Shown here one piece after another: positions 39,166 through 48,172 of a stretch of DNA of 48,172 bases (positions within the stretch are counted from its first letter, which is position 1; each line of letters starts with the position of its first letter). This stretch comes from Betaproteobacteria bacterium (GTDB taxonomy: Bacteria > Pseudomonadota > Gammaproteobacteria > Burkholderiales > JAHFRG01): assembly GCA_023258935.1 (NCBI GenBank), contig JAHFRG010000002.1, positions 1 to 48,172 of the forward strand, given 5' to 3'. The notes beneath the pieces are model-generated. The model ran no database searches and was not told the DNA's origin. It saw only the letters and a program-made list of their open reading frames with translations. The position numbers and the translations under genes are program-made.

Positions 39166-40083
39166 GTGAATATTATTCTGGTTTCAGGTAATTTAGGGAA
39201 GTCCAAGACGCTGACCCTGAGCCACGCGCAGATCGTATTTATTGCGGCGCTGCTGCTGGTGGGAGTCTTGGTGTTCGCCGTGGCTTTGCATTACCTGACC
39301 TTGCGCCATGCCGCGGAAATCAAGAGCCCGTATCTGAAATCATTGTTGCTTTCCATGCAGGAGCAGGAAAACCGCAAACGGGAAGCGTATCTGCGCGAAA
39401 ATCTGAACGCCATGGCGATCAAGCTGGGGCAGATGCAAGCGCAGTTGCTACGCCTTGACGCATTAGGCGATCGCCTAGCCAAACAGGCCGGCTTTAAACC
39501 CCAGGAATTCATGTTTGATCAGCCTCCCGGCCGAGGCGGCGCGCTGTCCGGCCTCCCGCAACGCGATCTTTCGCTCGCCGAGTTCGGCGAACAGATGGAA
39601 CAGTTGACAAGGGGACTTAACGACCGCACCGACCAGCTGGCGATTCTCGAATCGGCCCTCATGCAAGACCGCTTGAAAAAGAAGCTGGTGCCGTCAGTAT
39701 CACCCGTTGATACCGGCTGGTTTTCTTCCAATTTCGGTTGGCGCATCGACCCGTTTACCGGACAGAATGCCTTCCATGAAGGCGTGGATTTCATGACGGA
39801 AACGGGAACTCCTGTGGTAACAGCCGCTGGTGGAGTGGTGGCCTACTCGGACAACCACCCCGAGTATGGTAGTATGATTGAAGTTGACCATGGCAATGGT
39901 TTGCTCACGCGTTATGCCCATTTATCCAAGCGCCTGGTCAAGGTTGGCGATGTGGTTCTGCGGGGGGGCAAAATTGGCGAGGTGGGAAACACCGGCCGCT
40001 CCACCGGCCCGCATCTGCATTTTGAAGTGCGCTTCAAGGGGGCTTCGCAAAATCCGGTGCGGTTTCTGCAAAAGTCCGGCTGA
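39166..40083 (+). CDS. M23 family metallopeptidase (membrane anchor, coiled coil, LytM domain)
   Basis: N-terminal TM, then a coiled coil (LGQMQAQLLRLDALGDRLA). The LytM catalytic motifs are FHEGVDF (HxxxD) and GPHLHFEV (HxH). GTG start. Confidence 0.85.
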   Translation: MNIILVSGNLGKSKTLTLSHAQIVFIAALLLVGVLVFAVALHYLTLRHAAEIKSPYLKSLLLSMQEQENRKREAYLRENLNAMAIKLGQMQAQLLRLDALGDRLAKQAGFKPQEFMFDQPPGRGGALSGLPQRDLSLAEFGEQMEQLTRGLNDRTDQLAILESALMQDRLKKKLVPSVSPVDTGWFSSNFGWRIDPFTGQNAFHEGVDFMTETGTPVVTAAGGVVAYSDNHPEYGSMIEVDHGNGLLTRYAHLSKRLVKVGDVVLRGGKIGEVGNTGRSTGPHLHFEVRFKGASQNPVRFLQKSG

Positions 40084-40113
40084 ACTCAGGTTTATTGCAC
40101 AGCGTAAGGGGTG

Positions 40114-40150
40114 AGGGGCGAGGCAAAACTCCTCGCCCCTTATCTTTTCT
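40114..40150 (+). terminator. rho-independent terminator after the M23 peptidase gene
   Basis: AGGGGCGAGG (40114-40123), loop CAAAACT, CCTCGCCCCT (40131-40140), then TATCTTTTCT. Confidence 0.75.
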
Positions 40151-40173
40151 AATGTTGGATAATTACCAACTTC

Positions 40174-42966
40174 ATGCTATCCGCCCTGCTTAAAAAAATA
40201 TTTGGCAGCCGCAACGAGCGGCTGCTCAAGCACTATAACCACACGGTACGCGCCATCAACGCGCTGGAAGCAGAAATTGAAAAACTGTCAGACAGCGAGC
40301 TGCGCGCCAAAACCGACGAATTTCGCAGCCGCGTCCAGGAGCGTCTTAAGCTAACCCCGGACAAGGCTGATAGTGACGCCGGGCAGACCCAGGCGCTTGA
40401 GGGCGAGCACGACCGCGCGCGGAAAACTATCCTGGACGAACTGCTGCCCGAGGCGTTTGCAGTGGTGCGCGAAGCCAGCAAGCGCACGCTCGCCATGCGA
40501 CATTTTGATGAGCAGTTGATCGGTGGCATGGTGCTCCACCACGGCAAAATCGCGGAAATGCGAACCGGTGAGGGCAAGACCCTGGCTGCGACTCTGCCAG
40601 CCTATCTCAATGCACTCACCGGCCGTGGTGTGCATGTGGTGACCGTTAATGACTACCTGGCGCAGCGAGATGCCGACTGGATGGGCAAAATATACAATTT
40701 CCTGGGCTTGAGCGTCGGTGTAAATCTCTCTCAAATGCCGCATGAAGGCAAACAGCACGCCTATGCTGCGGACATCACTTACGGCACCAACAACGAATTC
40801 GGCTTCGATTACCTGCGAGACAACATGGTGTATCAGCCTTCGGAGCGCGTGCAGCGCGGCTTGCATTACGGCATCGTGGACGAAGTGGATTCGATCCTGA
40901 TTGACGAAGCGCGCACCCCGCTCATCATTTCCGGCCAGGCGGATGACACCACTGACCTGTATTATCGGACGAACGATCTCGTGCCGAAACTCACACGCCA
41001 GCAGCAGGAAAACGGCCCGGGCGATTACAGCGTGGATGAAAAATCCAATCAGGTATTGCTTACCGAATCCGGGCACGAACGTGCTGAGGAATTGCTGACC
41101 CGCGCCGGATTGCTGCCCACGGGTGGCAGTCTCTACGATGCCTCGCATATCAACCTGGTGCACCATTTGTACGCGGCGCTAAAAGCTCACACATTGTTTC
41201 ACAAGGACCAGCAGTATGTGGTGCAGGACGGGGAAATTGTCATCGTGGATGAATTCACCGGGCGTCTCATGGCAGGACGGCGCTGGTCGGACGGCCTGCA
41301 CCAGGCGGTGGAAGCCAAGGAAGGAGTAAAAATCCAGCGCGAAAATCAGACGCTTGCTTCGATCACTTTCCAGAATTATTTCCGCATGTACCGGAAGCTC
41401 GCGGGCATGACCGGTACCGCTGACACCGAGGCTTATGAATTCCAGCAAATTTACGGGCTGGAAACCGTGGTGATTCCTACGCACATGCTGATGATTCGCG
41501 AAGATCGCCAGGATCAGGTGTACCGTACCGCCCCTGAAAAACACCGCGCGGTGATCATGGATATCCGGGATTGTTATGCACGCAGTCAGCCGGTGCTGGT
41601 CGGTACCACATCGATTGAAAATTCCGAATTGCTGTCCGGGCTGCTGACCAAGGAAAAACTGCCGCATCAGGTGTTGAATGCCAAACAGCATGCGCGCGAA
41701 GCGGAGATCGTGGTGCAGGCAGGGCAGCCGAAAGCTATCACCATCGCCACCAACATGGCGGGACGCGGTGTCGACATCGTGCTGGGCGGCAATCCCGAGC
41801 CGGAAGTGAATCGCTTGCGCAATGACGAAAATCTGGACCCCGTTGCAAAAAACACGCGCATCTCGCAGCTCCGCGAACAATGGCAAAAGCTGCATGAGCA
41901 AGTGGTAGCTGCGGGGGGCTTGCACATCGTTGGCACTGAGCGCCATGAATCGCGGCGAGTTGACAATCAGCTGCGCGGGCGCTCCGGCCGCCAGGGCGAT
42001 TCAGGTTCCAGCCGTTTTTACCTCGCGCTGGAAGACCCGCTGCTGCGAATTTTCGCTTCCGACCGCGTGGCTGCCATCATGCAGCGGCTCAACATGCCGG
42101 AAGGCGAGGCCATCGAGCATCCGTGGGTGACGCGCGCCATCGAGAACGCGCAGCGCAAGGTTGAAGCGCGCAACTTCGACATACGCAAGCAGTTGCTGGA
42201 ATACGACGATGTCGCCAACGACCAGCGCCGGGTGATTTACCAGCAGCGCAACGAGCTGCTCGAAACTCACGATATTTCGGACACTATCCGCGCCATGCGC
42301 GAGGGTGTGGTGAACGAATTAATCAGCCAGCATATCGTGCCGGAAAGCGTGGAAGAGCAATGGGATGTGGTAGGACTGGAAAAAACGCTTGCAGCCGAAC
42401 TCCAGTTGAAATTGCCGCTGCAGCAATGGCTGGAGCAGGAGCCCGAGTTGCACGAGGAAACCTTGCGCAGCCGCATCATTGACGCGGCTCATGCGCAGTA
42501 CCAGGGCAAGCTTGAACTGGTCGGCGCCGAAGTAATGCACCAATACGAGAGCGCAGTGATGCTGCAAAGCCTGGACGCGCACTGGCGCGAGCACCTGGCT
42601 GCGCTCGACCATTTGCGTCAGGGCATACACCTGCGCGGTTATGCAGCGAAAAATCCCAAGCAGGAATACAAGCGCGAGGCATTCGAGCTGTTCGCCGACA
42701 TGCTCGAACTCATCAAGGCTGAAGTCACCAAAATCGTGATGACGGTACAGATCAAAAGCCAGCAGGACGTGGAAGCGGTGGAACCGCCGCCAACCCCGGA
42801 AAACGTGCAATACCACCATGCCGATTATGACGAAGCGCTGGCACAAGCGGATGGTGAAACCAAGACCCGGCCTTTCGTGCGCGGCTCGCAGAAAATCGGG
42901 CGCAACGACCCCTGCCCCTGCGGCTCGGGCAAGAAATATAAGCATTGTCATGGTAAGCTGGCCTGA
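40174..42966 (+). CDS. secA: preprotein translocase ATPase SecA
   Basis: 930-aa ORF with MRTGEGKTL (Walker A), [19 protein letters not shown] (DEAD-like) and the C-terminal zinc motif [14 protein letters not shown]. Confidence 0.97.
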   Translation: MLSALLKKIFGSRNERLLKHYNHTVRAINALEAEIEKLSDSELRAKTDEFRSRVQERLKLTPDKADSDAGQTQALEGEHDRARKTILDELLPEAFAVVREASKRTLAMRHFDEQLIGGMVLHHGKIAEMRTGEGKTLAATLPAYLNALTGRGVHVVTVNDYLAQRDADWMGKIYNFLGLSVGVNLSQMPHEGKQHAYAADITYGTNNEFGFDYLRDNMVYQPSERVQRGLHYGIVDEVDSILIDEARTPLIISGQADDTTDLYYRTNDLVPKLTRQQQENGPGDYSVDEKSNQVLLTESGHERAEELLTRAGLLPTGGSLYDASHINLVHHLYAALKAHTLFHKDQQYVVQDGEIVIVDEFTGRLMAGRRWSDGLHQAVEAKEGVKIQRENQTLASITFQNYFRMYRKLAGMTGTADTEAYEFQQIYGLETVVIPTHMLMIREDRQDQVYRTAPEKHRAVIMDIRDCYARSQPVLVGTTSIENSELLSGLLTKEKLPHQVLNAKQHAREAEIVVQAGQPKAITIATNMAGRGVDIVLGGNPEPEVNRLRNDENLDPVAKNTRISQLREQWQKLHEQVVAAGGLHIVGTERHESRRVDNQLRGRSGRQGDSGSSRFYLALEDPLLRIFASDRVAAIMQRLNMPEGEAIEHPWVTRAIENAQRKVEARNFDIRKQLLEYDDVANDQRRVIYQQRNELLETHDISDTIRAMREGVVNELISQHIVPESVEEQWDVVGLEKTLAAELQLKLPLQQWLEQEPELHEETLRSRIIDAAHAQYQGKLELVGAEVMHQYESAVMLQSLDAHWREHLAALDHLRQGIHLRGYAAKNPKQEYKREAFELFADMLELIKAEVTKIVMTVQIKSQQDVEAVEPPPTPENVQYHHADYDEALAQADGETKTRPFVRGSQKIGRNDPCPCGSGKKYKHCHGKLA

Positions 42967-43013
42967 AAGTTTACGGAATCCGGACTGACAAGTACTGGCG
43001 AGGGAGGTAACAA

Positions 43014-43919
43014 ATGTTTTTGCAAAATTTGCGCCTGTACCAATTCATGAACCATCTGGGCATATTGCGCCGCAGCTACCTGCTCAAATTCTTGCTGGTG
43101 GTGTTTCTCGGTACCTATGTGCCGCTTATCGCACTGGTGGTGTACCTTGCCTTGTCCCAGTCCTACAACCTTATGGAGGCGCTGCCCATTATCATCGCCG
43201 CCTTGCTGGTAATTATCATCGGCACCGTCATTACGCTGTTGTTTCTGGAAGGCTTGCTTACGCCGGTGCGCCAGACATCTGACAGCCTCAAAAAATACTT
43301 GGCCGAGCGCAGCCTGCCGAGCCTGCCCACCGTTTATGGAGATGAGGCGGGACAGCTCATGGCCGATGCCCAATATGTCATCACGCGGCTCGACAATACG
43401 CTGCGCGAGCTGGAAAACATTTCGCTTACCGATCATTTGACCGGCATGTATAACCGGCGCGCCGGTGAACACCGTTTGGAAGAAGAAATCGCGCGGGCGG
43501 AACGCGAAAACAAGAAATTCCTGCTGGCGTTCATCGACCTCAATCTGCTGAAGCAGATCAACGACCAATACGGCCACGATGCGGGGGATGCCTGTCTCAT
43601 CCATTTTGCATCGCTGCTGGCGGAATGCGTGCGCCGAGGCGACTGGTGTGCGCGCTGGGGTGGGGATGAATTCGTGTTGGCTTTGTACCAGGCGGATGCG
43701 GGAGCCGATCTGGTGTTTAATCGCGTGCTGACAGAACTCGAATCCAAGCCTTGCCAGGTGCGGCAGAACGTGACGCTCTATCTCGGTGTGAGTATTGGGG
43801 TGGCTGTGTACCAGCGCGGCATGGCTGTTGAAAAACTGTTGCAGCAGGCCGATCAGGCTATGTACCAGGCAAAATTGCAGGGAAGCGGGAAATCCAAGGT
43901 GGTGTTTTATGGCAAATAA
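43014..43919 (+). CDS. membrane-anchored diguanylate cyclase (GGDEF domain)
   Basis: Two N-terminal TM helices, then DHLTGMYNRR and an intact RWGGDEF active-site motif. Confidence 0.85.
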   Translation: MFLQNLRLYQFMNHLGILRRSYLLKFLLVVFLGTYVPLIALVVYLALSQSYNLMEALPIIIAALLVIIIGTVITLLFLEGLLTPVRQTSDSLKKYLAERSLPSLPTVYGDEAGQLMADAQYVITRLDNTLRELENISLTDHLTGMYNRRAGEHRLEEEIARAERENKKFLLAFIDLNLLKQINDQYGHDAGDACLIHFASLLAECVRRGDWCARWGGDEFVLALYQADAGADLVFNRVLTELESKPCQVRQNVTLYLGVSIGVAVYQRGMAVEKLLQQADQAMYQAKLQGSGKSKVVFYGK

Positions 43920-43952
43920 GTCTTGCGCCGTGGCCGCCCATCAGGACTATCC

Positions 43953-45182
43953 ATGCCGGTTAACTTGACTCCGCCCGAAGCTGAACAATTATTGCCCGTA
44001 AAAGGCGTTGCATTGGGCGTTGCAGAAACCGGAATAAAGAAACCAGGCTGCAAAGACTTGCTGGTAATGTCGCTTGCGCAAGGCTCGAAAGTGGCGGGGG
44101 TATTTACCCAGAACCGCTTTTGCGCCGCGCCAGTGCTGGTCGCTCGCGAACACCTGCATGCGAAATCCGCAGTGCGCGCACTGCTCGTCAATACCGGCAA
44201 CGCCAATGCCGGCACCGGTGAAGAGGGCATCAAGCATGCCCGTCGAACCTGTGCAGTGCTGGCAAAACTGCTGGGCTGTGAAGCGCAGGCTATCCTGCCG
44301 TTTTCCACCGGGGTAATCATGGAACCCTTGCCGGTGGAGCGTATCACCGCCGGCTTGCCGCAATGTGTTGCCGGCCTGCGTGAAAATAACTGGCTTAACG
44401 CGGCGCAGGCCATAATGACCACTGATACCATACCCAAAGCGCTGTCCAAGCAGATGACGATAAACGGGGTAACGGTGACGATCACCGGTATCGCCAAGGG
44501 CGCAGGCATGATCCGCCCCAACATGGCGACCATGCTGGGCTTTATCGCGAGCGACGCGCGCCTCAGCCAGTCTGCGCTGCAAAGCGTGGTGAGCCATGCT
44601 GCCGAGCATTCGTTCAACCGCATCACCGTGGACGGCGATACCTCGACCAACGACGCCTTTATGCTGATAGCAAGCGGCCAGGCGCAAATGCCTGAAATTG
44701 CGCGTGCTGAAAGCCGTGAATTGATCGCCTATCGCAACGCCGTTACCGATATGGCGCAATGGCTGGCGCAAGCCATCGTGCGCGATGGCGAAGGTGCGAC
44801 CAAATTCATTACCATCAGCGTCGAAGGCGGTAAGCACAGCAAAGAGTGCGCCAAAGTGGCATATGCCATCGCGCATTCACCTTTGGTAAAGACCGCTTTT
44901 TATGCTTCCGATCCCAATCTCGGCCGGATTCTTGCCGCGATCGGCTATGCCGGGATTGATGATCTTGATGTGGGCAGAATCAGCCTGTATCTGGACGAAG
45001 TTCTGGTGGCTGAAAATGGCTGCCGTGCGATGCGTTATAATGAAGCGGACGGGCAGAAAGTGATGCGCAAGCAGGAAATCAGCATGCGCGTACTGCTCGG
45101 ACGCGGGTTGGCCGCAAGCCAAGTATGGACCTGCGATTTGTCGCATGAATACGTAAAAATCAATGCGGAGTACCGTACCTAA
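43953..45182 (+). CDS. argJ: bifunctional glutamate N-acetyltransferase / amino-acid acetyltransferase ArgJ
   Basis: I chose the ATG at 43953 ([19 protein letters not shown]). The autoprocessing site ATMLGFI (cleavage before Thr) and the DGDTSTND motif are present. Confidence 0.92.
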   Translation: MPVNLTPPEAEQLLPVKGVALGVAETGIKKPGCKDLLVMSLAQGSKVAGVFTQNRFCAAPVLVAREHLHAKSAVRALLVNTGNANAGTGEEGIKHARRTCAVLAKLLGCEAQAILPFSTGVIMEPLPVERITAGLPQCVAGLRENNWLNAAQAIMTTDTIPKALSKQMTINGVTVTITGIAKGAGMIRPNMATMLGFIASDARLSQSALQSVVSHAAEHSFNRITVDGDTSTNDAFMLIASGQAQMPEIARAESRELIAYRNAVTDMAQWLAQAIVRDGEGATKFITISVEGGKHSKECAKVAYAIAHSPLVKTAFYASDPNLGRILAAIGYAGIDDLDVGRISLYLDEVLVAENGCRAMRYNEADGQKVMRKQEISMRVLLGRGLAASQVWTCDLSHEYVKINAEYRT

Positions 45183-45207
45183 GCCGCAAGACCATGGCTT
45201 CAGCCCG

Positions 45208-46095
45208 ATGCCGGCAGCAAATATGAAAGAATTGCGCGAAGTCCTGGAGCGCTTTAGTGCGTTCCTTGACAAGCTTGAGCGCTGGCTTCCCTTGCCGCCC
45301 GGGGAGCCGGATTGGGACTCCTCAATCGCCTTCCGCTGGCGCAAGCGCAACGGCAGCGGGTATATCCAGCCGGTTTCCCATCCTCACCGCATCCGTCTCA
45401 AGGATCTGCTGGGCATCGAGCAGCAAAAACAACTGATTGATCAAAACACTCGACAATTTGTGCAAGGCTACCCCGCCAACAACGTGTTGCTGACGGGCGC
45501 GCGCGGCACCGGAAAATCATCACTGGCGAAAGCCGTGCTCAACAAATATGCTGCAAAAGGACTGCGCCTCATCGAAGTGGACAAACATGATCTCATCGAT
45601 ATGCCGGACATCGTCGAGCAAATTTACCGGCGTCCCGAGCGTTTCCTGCTATTTTGCGATGATCTTTCATTTGATGCGGACGAGCCCGGCTACAAGGCGC
45701 TCAAGGCGGTGCTGGATGGCTCAATCGCCACGGCTTCGGAAAATGTGCTGATTTACGCCACTTCCAACCGACGTCACCTGATGCCGGAATATATGCAGGA
45801 GAATCTGGCAACCCGCTATCTTGGGGAAGAAGTGCATCCCGCGGAAGCAGTGGAAGAAAAAATTTCTTTTTCCGAGCGCTTCGGGTTGTGGCTTTCGTTC
45901 TATCCTTTCAACCAGGACGATTATTTGCGGATTGTCGAGCATTGGCTGGACTTCCTGGGTGTGCGCAATACGGTTTCTGCCGAAATACGGGAAAGCGCCT
46001 TGCAATGGGCCATGTCGCGTGGCTCGCGCTCAGGCCGTGCAGCCTGGCAGTTTGCCTGTGACTGGGCGGGAAGGCACGGAATTAAGCCGGAATGA
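45208..46095 (+). CDS. DUF815-family AAA-type ATPase
   Basis: The Walker A motif LLTGARGTGKSSL and Walker B motif FLLFCDDLSF are seen in the sequence. The family call is from memory. The start is uncertain (ATG 45208 or 45223; the ORF-track start 45163 overlaps argJ). Confidence 0.7.
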   Translation: MPAANMKELREVLERFSAFLDKLERWLPLPPGEPDWDSSIAFRWRKRNGSGYIQPVSHPHRIRLKDLLGIEQQKQLIDQNTRQFVQGYPANNVLLTGARGTGKSSLAKAVLNKYAAKGLRLIEVDKHDLIDMPDIVEQIYRRPERFLLFCDDLSFDADEPGYKALKAVLDGSIATASENVLIYATSNRRHLMPEYMQENLATRYLGEEVHPAEAVEEKISFSERFGLWLSFYPFNQDDYLRIVEHWLDFLGVRNTVSAEIRESALQWAMSRGSRSGRAAWQFACDWAGRHGIKPE

Positions 46096-47087
46096 GGGAT
46101 GTCTTCGCAGAGCGCGATCAGACGTCTTTAACCGAAGAGGATTTACGCGGCGGTAACCCGCTCAAAGTTGCCGCAGCGGTAATCCTCAAACCCGACGGGC
46201 GGTTTCTACTTGCGCAAAGACCGGCGGGCAAGCCCTACGCCGGTTATTGGGAATTTCCCGGCGGCAAGGTGAAAGCGCATGAAACGAGCGTACAAGCGCT
46301 GCGCCGCGAACTGCAGGAAGAACTGGGCATCCGCGCCGAGCAAATCCATCCCTGGCTCACCCAAGTTTACCGTTATCCGCATGCTACGGTCAGGCTGTGC
46401 TTTCACCGTGTGATGCGCTGGAGCGGCGAGCCGCATGGCAGGGAGAACCAGCAGCTGTCCTGGCAAAGCGCAGAGCGTGTTGACGTTGCTCCCCTGTTGC
46501 CCGCAAACGGCCCGGTCCTGCGGGCGCTCAGCCTGCCCCCGGTGTACGCCATCAGCAATGTTGCGGAACTGGGCAGGGAAAATTTCATGCAGCGCCTGGA
46601 ACTGGCATTGCAAAATGGTTTGCGCTTGATTCAGGTCAGGGAAAAATACATGCCGCGCAGCGAACTTAGGGATTTTGCCGTCGCAGTAATTGCCGCGGCG
46701 CGTCGTTATCAGGCGAAAGTGCTGGTGAACGGCGATATCGTGCTTGCGCGGGAGCTGGGCGCGGATGGTGTGCATTTGACGTCACAACAGCTCATGGTGC
46801 TTGAGCGACGCCCGCAAATAGAATGGTGCGGCGCTTCCTGTCATGACCGCGAGCAGTTGCAACGCGCCGAAGCCCTGGGTGTGGATTTCGCAGTACTCGC
46901 CCCGGTATTACCGACTTTAAGCCACCCCGGCGCTCCCGGAATGGGTTGGGGGGCGTTTGCACAATTGGTCGAAGGGTACAGCCTTCCGGTGTATGCGCTG
47001 GGCGGGATGCGCGAACAGCATTTGAGCACAGCCTGGGCGAACGGCGCGCACGGCATAGCGATGATGCGCGGTGCGTGGCTGGTTTGA
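46092..47087 (+). CDS. Nudix hydrolase (MutT-like) fused to a ThiE/TenI-like TMP-synthase-fold domain
   Basis: Nudix box GGKVKAHETSVQALRRELQEELGI in the N-terminal half. The C-terminal half has LIQVREK...GADGVHL...ALGGM, typical of the ThiE/TenI fold. ATGA overlap with the upstream gene. Confidence 0.8.
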   Translation: MRDVFAERDQTSLTEEDLRGGNPLKVAAAVILKPDGRFLLAQRPAGKPYAGYWEFPGGKVKAHETSVQALRRELQEELGIRAEQIHPWLTQVYRYPHATVRLCFHRVMRWSGEPHGRENQQLSWQSAERVDVAPLLPANGPVLRALSLPPVYAISNVAELGRENFMQRLELALQNGLRLIQVREKYMPRSELRDFAVAVIAAARRYQAKVLVNGDIVLARELGADGVHLTSQQLMVLERRPQIEWCGASCHDREQLQRAEALGVDFAVLAPVLPTLSHPGAPGMGWGAFAQLVEGYSLPVYALGGMREQHLSTAWANGAHGIAMMRGAWLV

Positions 47088-47091
47088 CATG

Positions 47092-47271
47092 CTACTTATC
47101 ATTGTTTTTTTTCTGCTGTTCAGGAATGCGGTAGCTTTCTGCGGCCCATTGTCCAAGATCAATCAGCTTGCAGCGTTCCGAGCAAAACGGTCGGTAGCGG
47201 TTATCCTCATCCCACAAGACGCTTTTCCCGCACCGCGGGCAGTTGACGGTGGGCTTTTGCGATCGTTTCAT
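47092..47271 (-). CDS. yacG: DNA gyrase inhibitor YacG (zinc-ribbon protein), 59 aa, below the ORF-track cutoff
   Basis: Hand translation of the reverse strand gives [59 protein letters not shown]. It has the CPxC...RPFCSxRC zinc motif and the LIDLGxWA signature. Its ATG overlaps the zapD stop (TAATG). Confidence 0.85.
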   Translation of the reverse strand: MKRSQKPTVNCPRCGKSVLWDEDNRYRPFCSERCKLIDLGQWAAESYRIPEQQKKNNDK

Positions 47272-48026
47272 TACATGTTGCAGAATGTCAGTTCAAACTT
47301 CACATCCGATTCGCTGGCACGCGGCCGCTGCATTCCCTCCTGAGTAGTGAAGCGGATGTTGAGTGCGTAGCGGTTAGCGCTGATTTCGGGAATGCAATGC
47401 AAGTCTTCCTGCAGCCTGATGCGCAGCATGTGTGCAGGCTTGCCGGTGAGGATTTGTTGAAACATGCCTTGGTAAGCGATATGCGTGCTGGATTTGCCGT
47501 TCTCGCGCAAAAGCTTCAGCAAAATCGCCATGCCGTCGCGGATAGGCACAAATGGCGCGAGCCATTGTGCCAGATGCTGCCTGCGGCTGGTTGCATCCTG
47601 GTGCAGCCAATAATGGTAGGAAGGCAAATCGAATTCACAGACGCCGCCGGGGATAATGGTGCGCTGCTTGATGCTCATCAGCCATTCATTGTCGCGCAAG
47701 TCCTGGCCGATTTTCCCGGGCATCTCGCGCAACTGCTTTGTGGCTTTGTCGATATCCCGCAAAATTTCATCAAGTGCATGTTCGGAAATCGCCGGATTGC
47801 CATGCAATGACTCGAGATTTTGCCATTGTCTATCCAGTTCCTGCAACAGTTCTGATTTCAAGTCCGCGCGGCTTGCCACTTCGAGCATTTCGAACAGAAA
47901 CAACAATGCCGTGTGGTTATCCATTGCCTCGGATTTGGCCGAGAAATACTCGACTTTACGATAAAGATCCTCCAGCCGCAGCAGGGTCCGAATACGCTCG
48001 TTAAGTGGATATTCGTAGCTAATCAC
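47271..48026 (-). CDS. zapD: cell division protein ZapD
   Basis: 251-aa ORF with the N-terminal [18 protein letters not shown], typical of ZapD (YacF). It lies in the conserved coaE-zapD-yacG arrangement. Confidence 0.88.
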   Translation of the reverse strand: MISYEYPLNERIRTLLRLEDLYRKVEYFSAKSEAMDNHTALLFLFEMLEVASRADLKSELLQELDRQWQNLESLHGNPAISEHALDEILRDIDKATKQLREMPGKIGQDLRDNEWLMSIKQRTIIPGGVCEFDLPSYHYWLHQDATSRRQHLAQWLAPFVPIRDGMAILLKLLRENGKSSTHIAYQGMFQQILTGKPAHMLRIRLQEDLHCIPEISANRYALNIRFTTQEGMQRPRASESDVKFELTFCNM

Positions 48027-48089
48027 TGTGCGTTACATGGCTCCAAAATTCAATTTTCACTCATTGAACTAAGTTTGACAAACCACTTG

Positions 48090-48172
48090 TCATGAACCCA
48101 TGGCCTGGTCGTGCTGCGCCAGCTTGAGATATTTACGGTGCAAAGATTCGACCTGTTGTTGCAGATGCTCCA
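48090..48172 (-). CDS. coaE: dephospho-CoA kinase, C-terminal fragment (5' part outside the window)
   Basis: The reverse-strand frame is open to the window edge and ends ...EHLQQQVESLHRKYLKLAQHDQAMGS-stop (TGA at 48090-48092). The call rests mainly on conserved synteny upstream of zapD, so it is tentative. Confidence 0.5.
   Translation of the reverse strand, partial: EHLQQQVESLHRKYLKLAQHDQAMGS

Noticed and set aside
40351-42951. Three 210-271-aa minus-strand ORFs inside secA (40351-41166, 41179-41946, 42319-42951)
   Set aside because: They are shadow frames opposite an unambiguous 930-aa SecA and have no independent signals.
43907-44876. 247-aa and 295-aa minus-strand ORFs opposite argJ
   Set aside because: They overlap each other and argJ. 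The ArgJ motifs ([14 protein letters not shown]) show that the + frame is the real one.

Overview
This window is a chromosomal core region of a proteobacterium, about 55% GC by eye. The gene order looks betaproteobacterial, possibly Nitrosomonadales-like, but that assignment is inference only. Nearly every gene is housekeeping and densely packed. From left to right: glcF 3' end, coq7, a membrane protein, an OsmC-family gene and a ydcF-like gene. Then rplM-rpsI, argC, a membrane coiled-coil protein plus bactofilin, erpA, anmK, tyrS and birA-coaX-SPOR. Then a GlcD-like FAD oxidase, rfaE2, the conserved dolP-diaA/gmhA-yraN-lpoA / rsmI cluster, pyrC and RNase P RNA (rnpB). Next is a complete dcw cell-wall/division cluster: mraZ-rsmH-ftsL-ftsI-murE-murF-mraY-murD-ftsW-murG-murC-murB-ddl-ftsQ-ftsA-ftsZ, followed by lpxC. 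The window ends with a DUF721/DciA-like gene, an M23 peptidase, secA, a GGDEF protein, argJ, a DUF815 ATPase, a Nudix-ThiE-like fusion, yacG, zapD and the coaE 3' end. I found no defence island, no transposase or integrase genes, no CRISPR array, no tRNA or rRNA, and no multi-gene system of unknown function. The only structure the standard genes do not explain is a pair of insertion/duplication scars on either side of murG inside the otherwise tightly coupled dcw operon. One is an 89-bp unit at the ftsW/murG junction bounded by a perfect 22-bp direct repeat. The other is a ~330-bp insert at the murG/murC junction, made of an AT-rich inverted-repeat-flanked element plus a diverged duplicate of the murC 5' end. 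Both inserts are spanned by small ORFs whose starts and stops overlap or abut the flanking genes. Other minor items are two small units missing from the ORF track (yacG, and a 45-aa two-TM ORF with its own terminator), an orphan small ORF plus strong terminator upstream of rplM, and a convergent ORF overlap downstream of lpxC. All functional calls rest on recognising motifs in the supplied translations; no database search was run.
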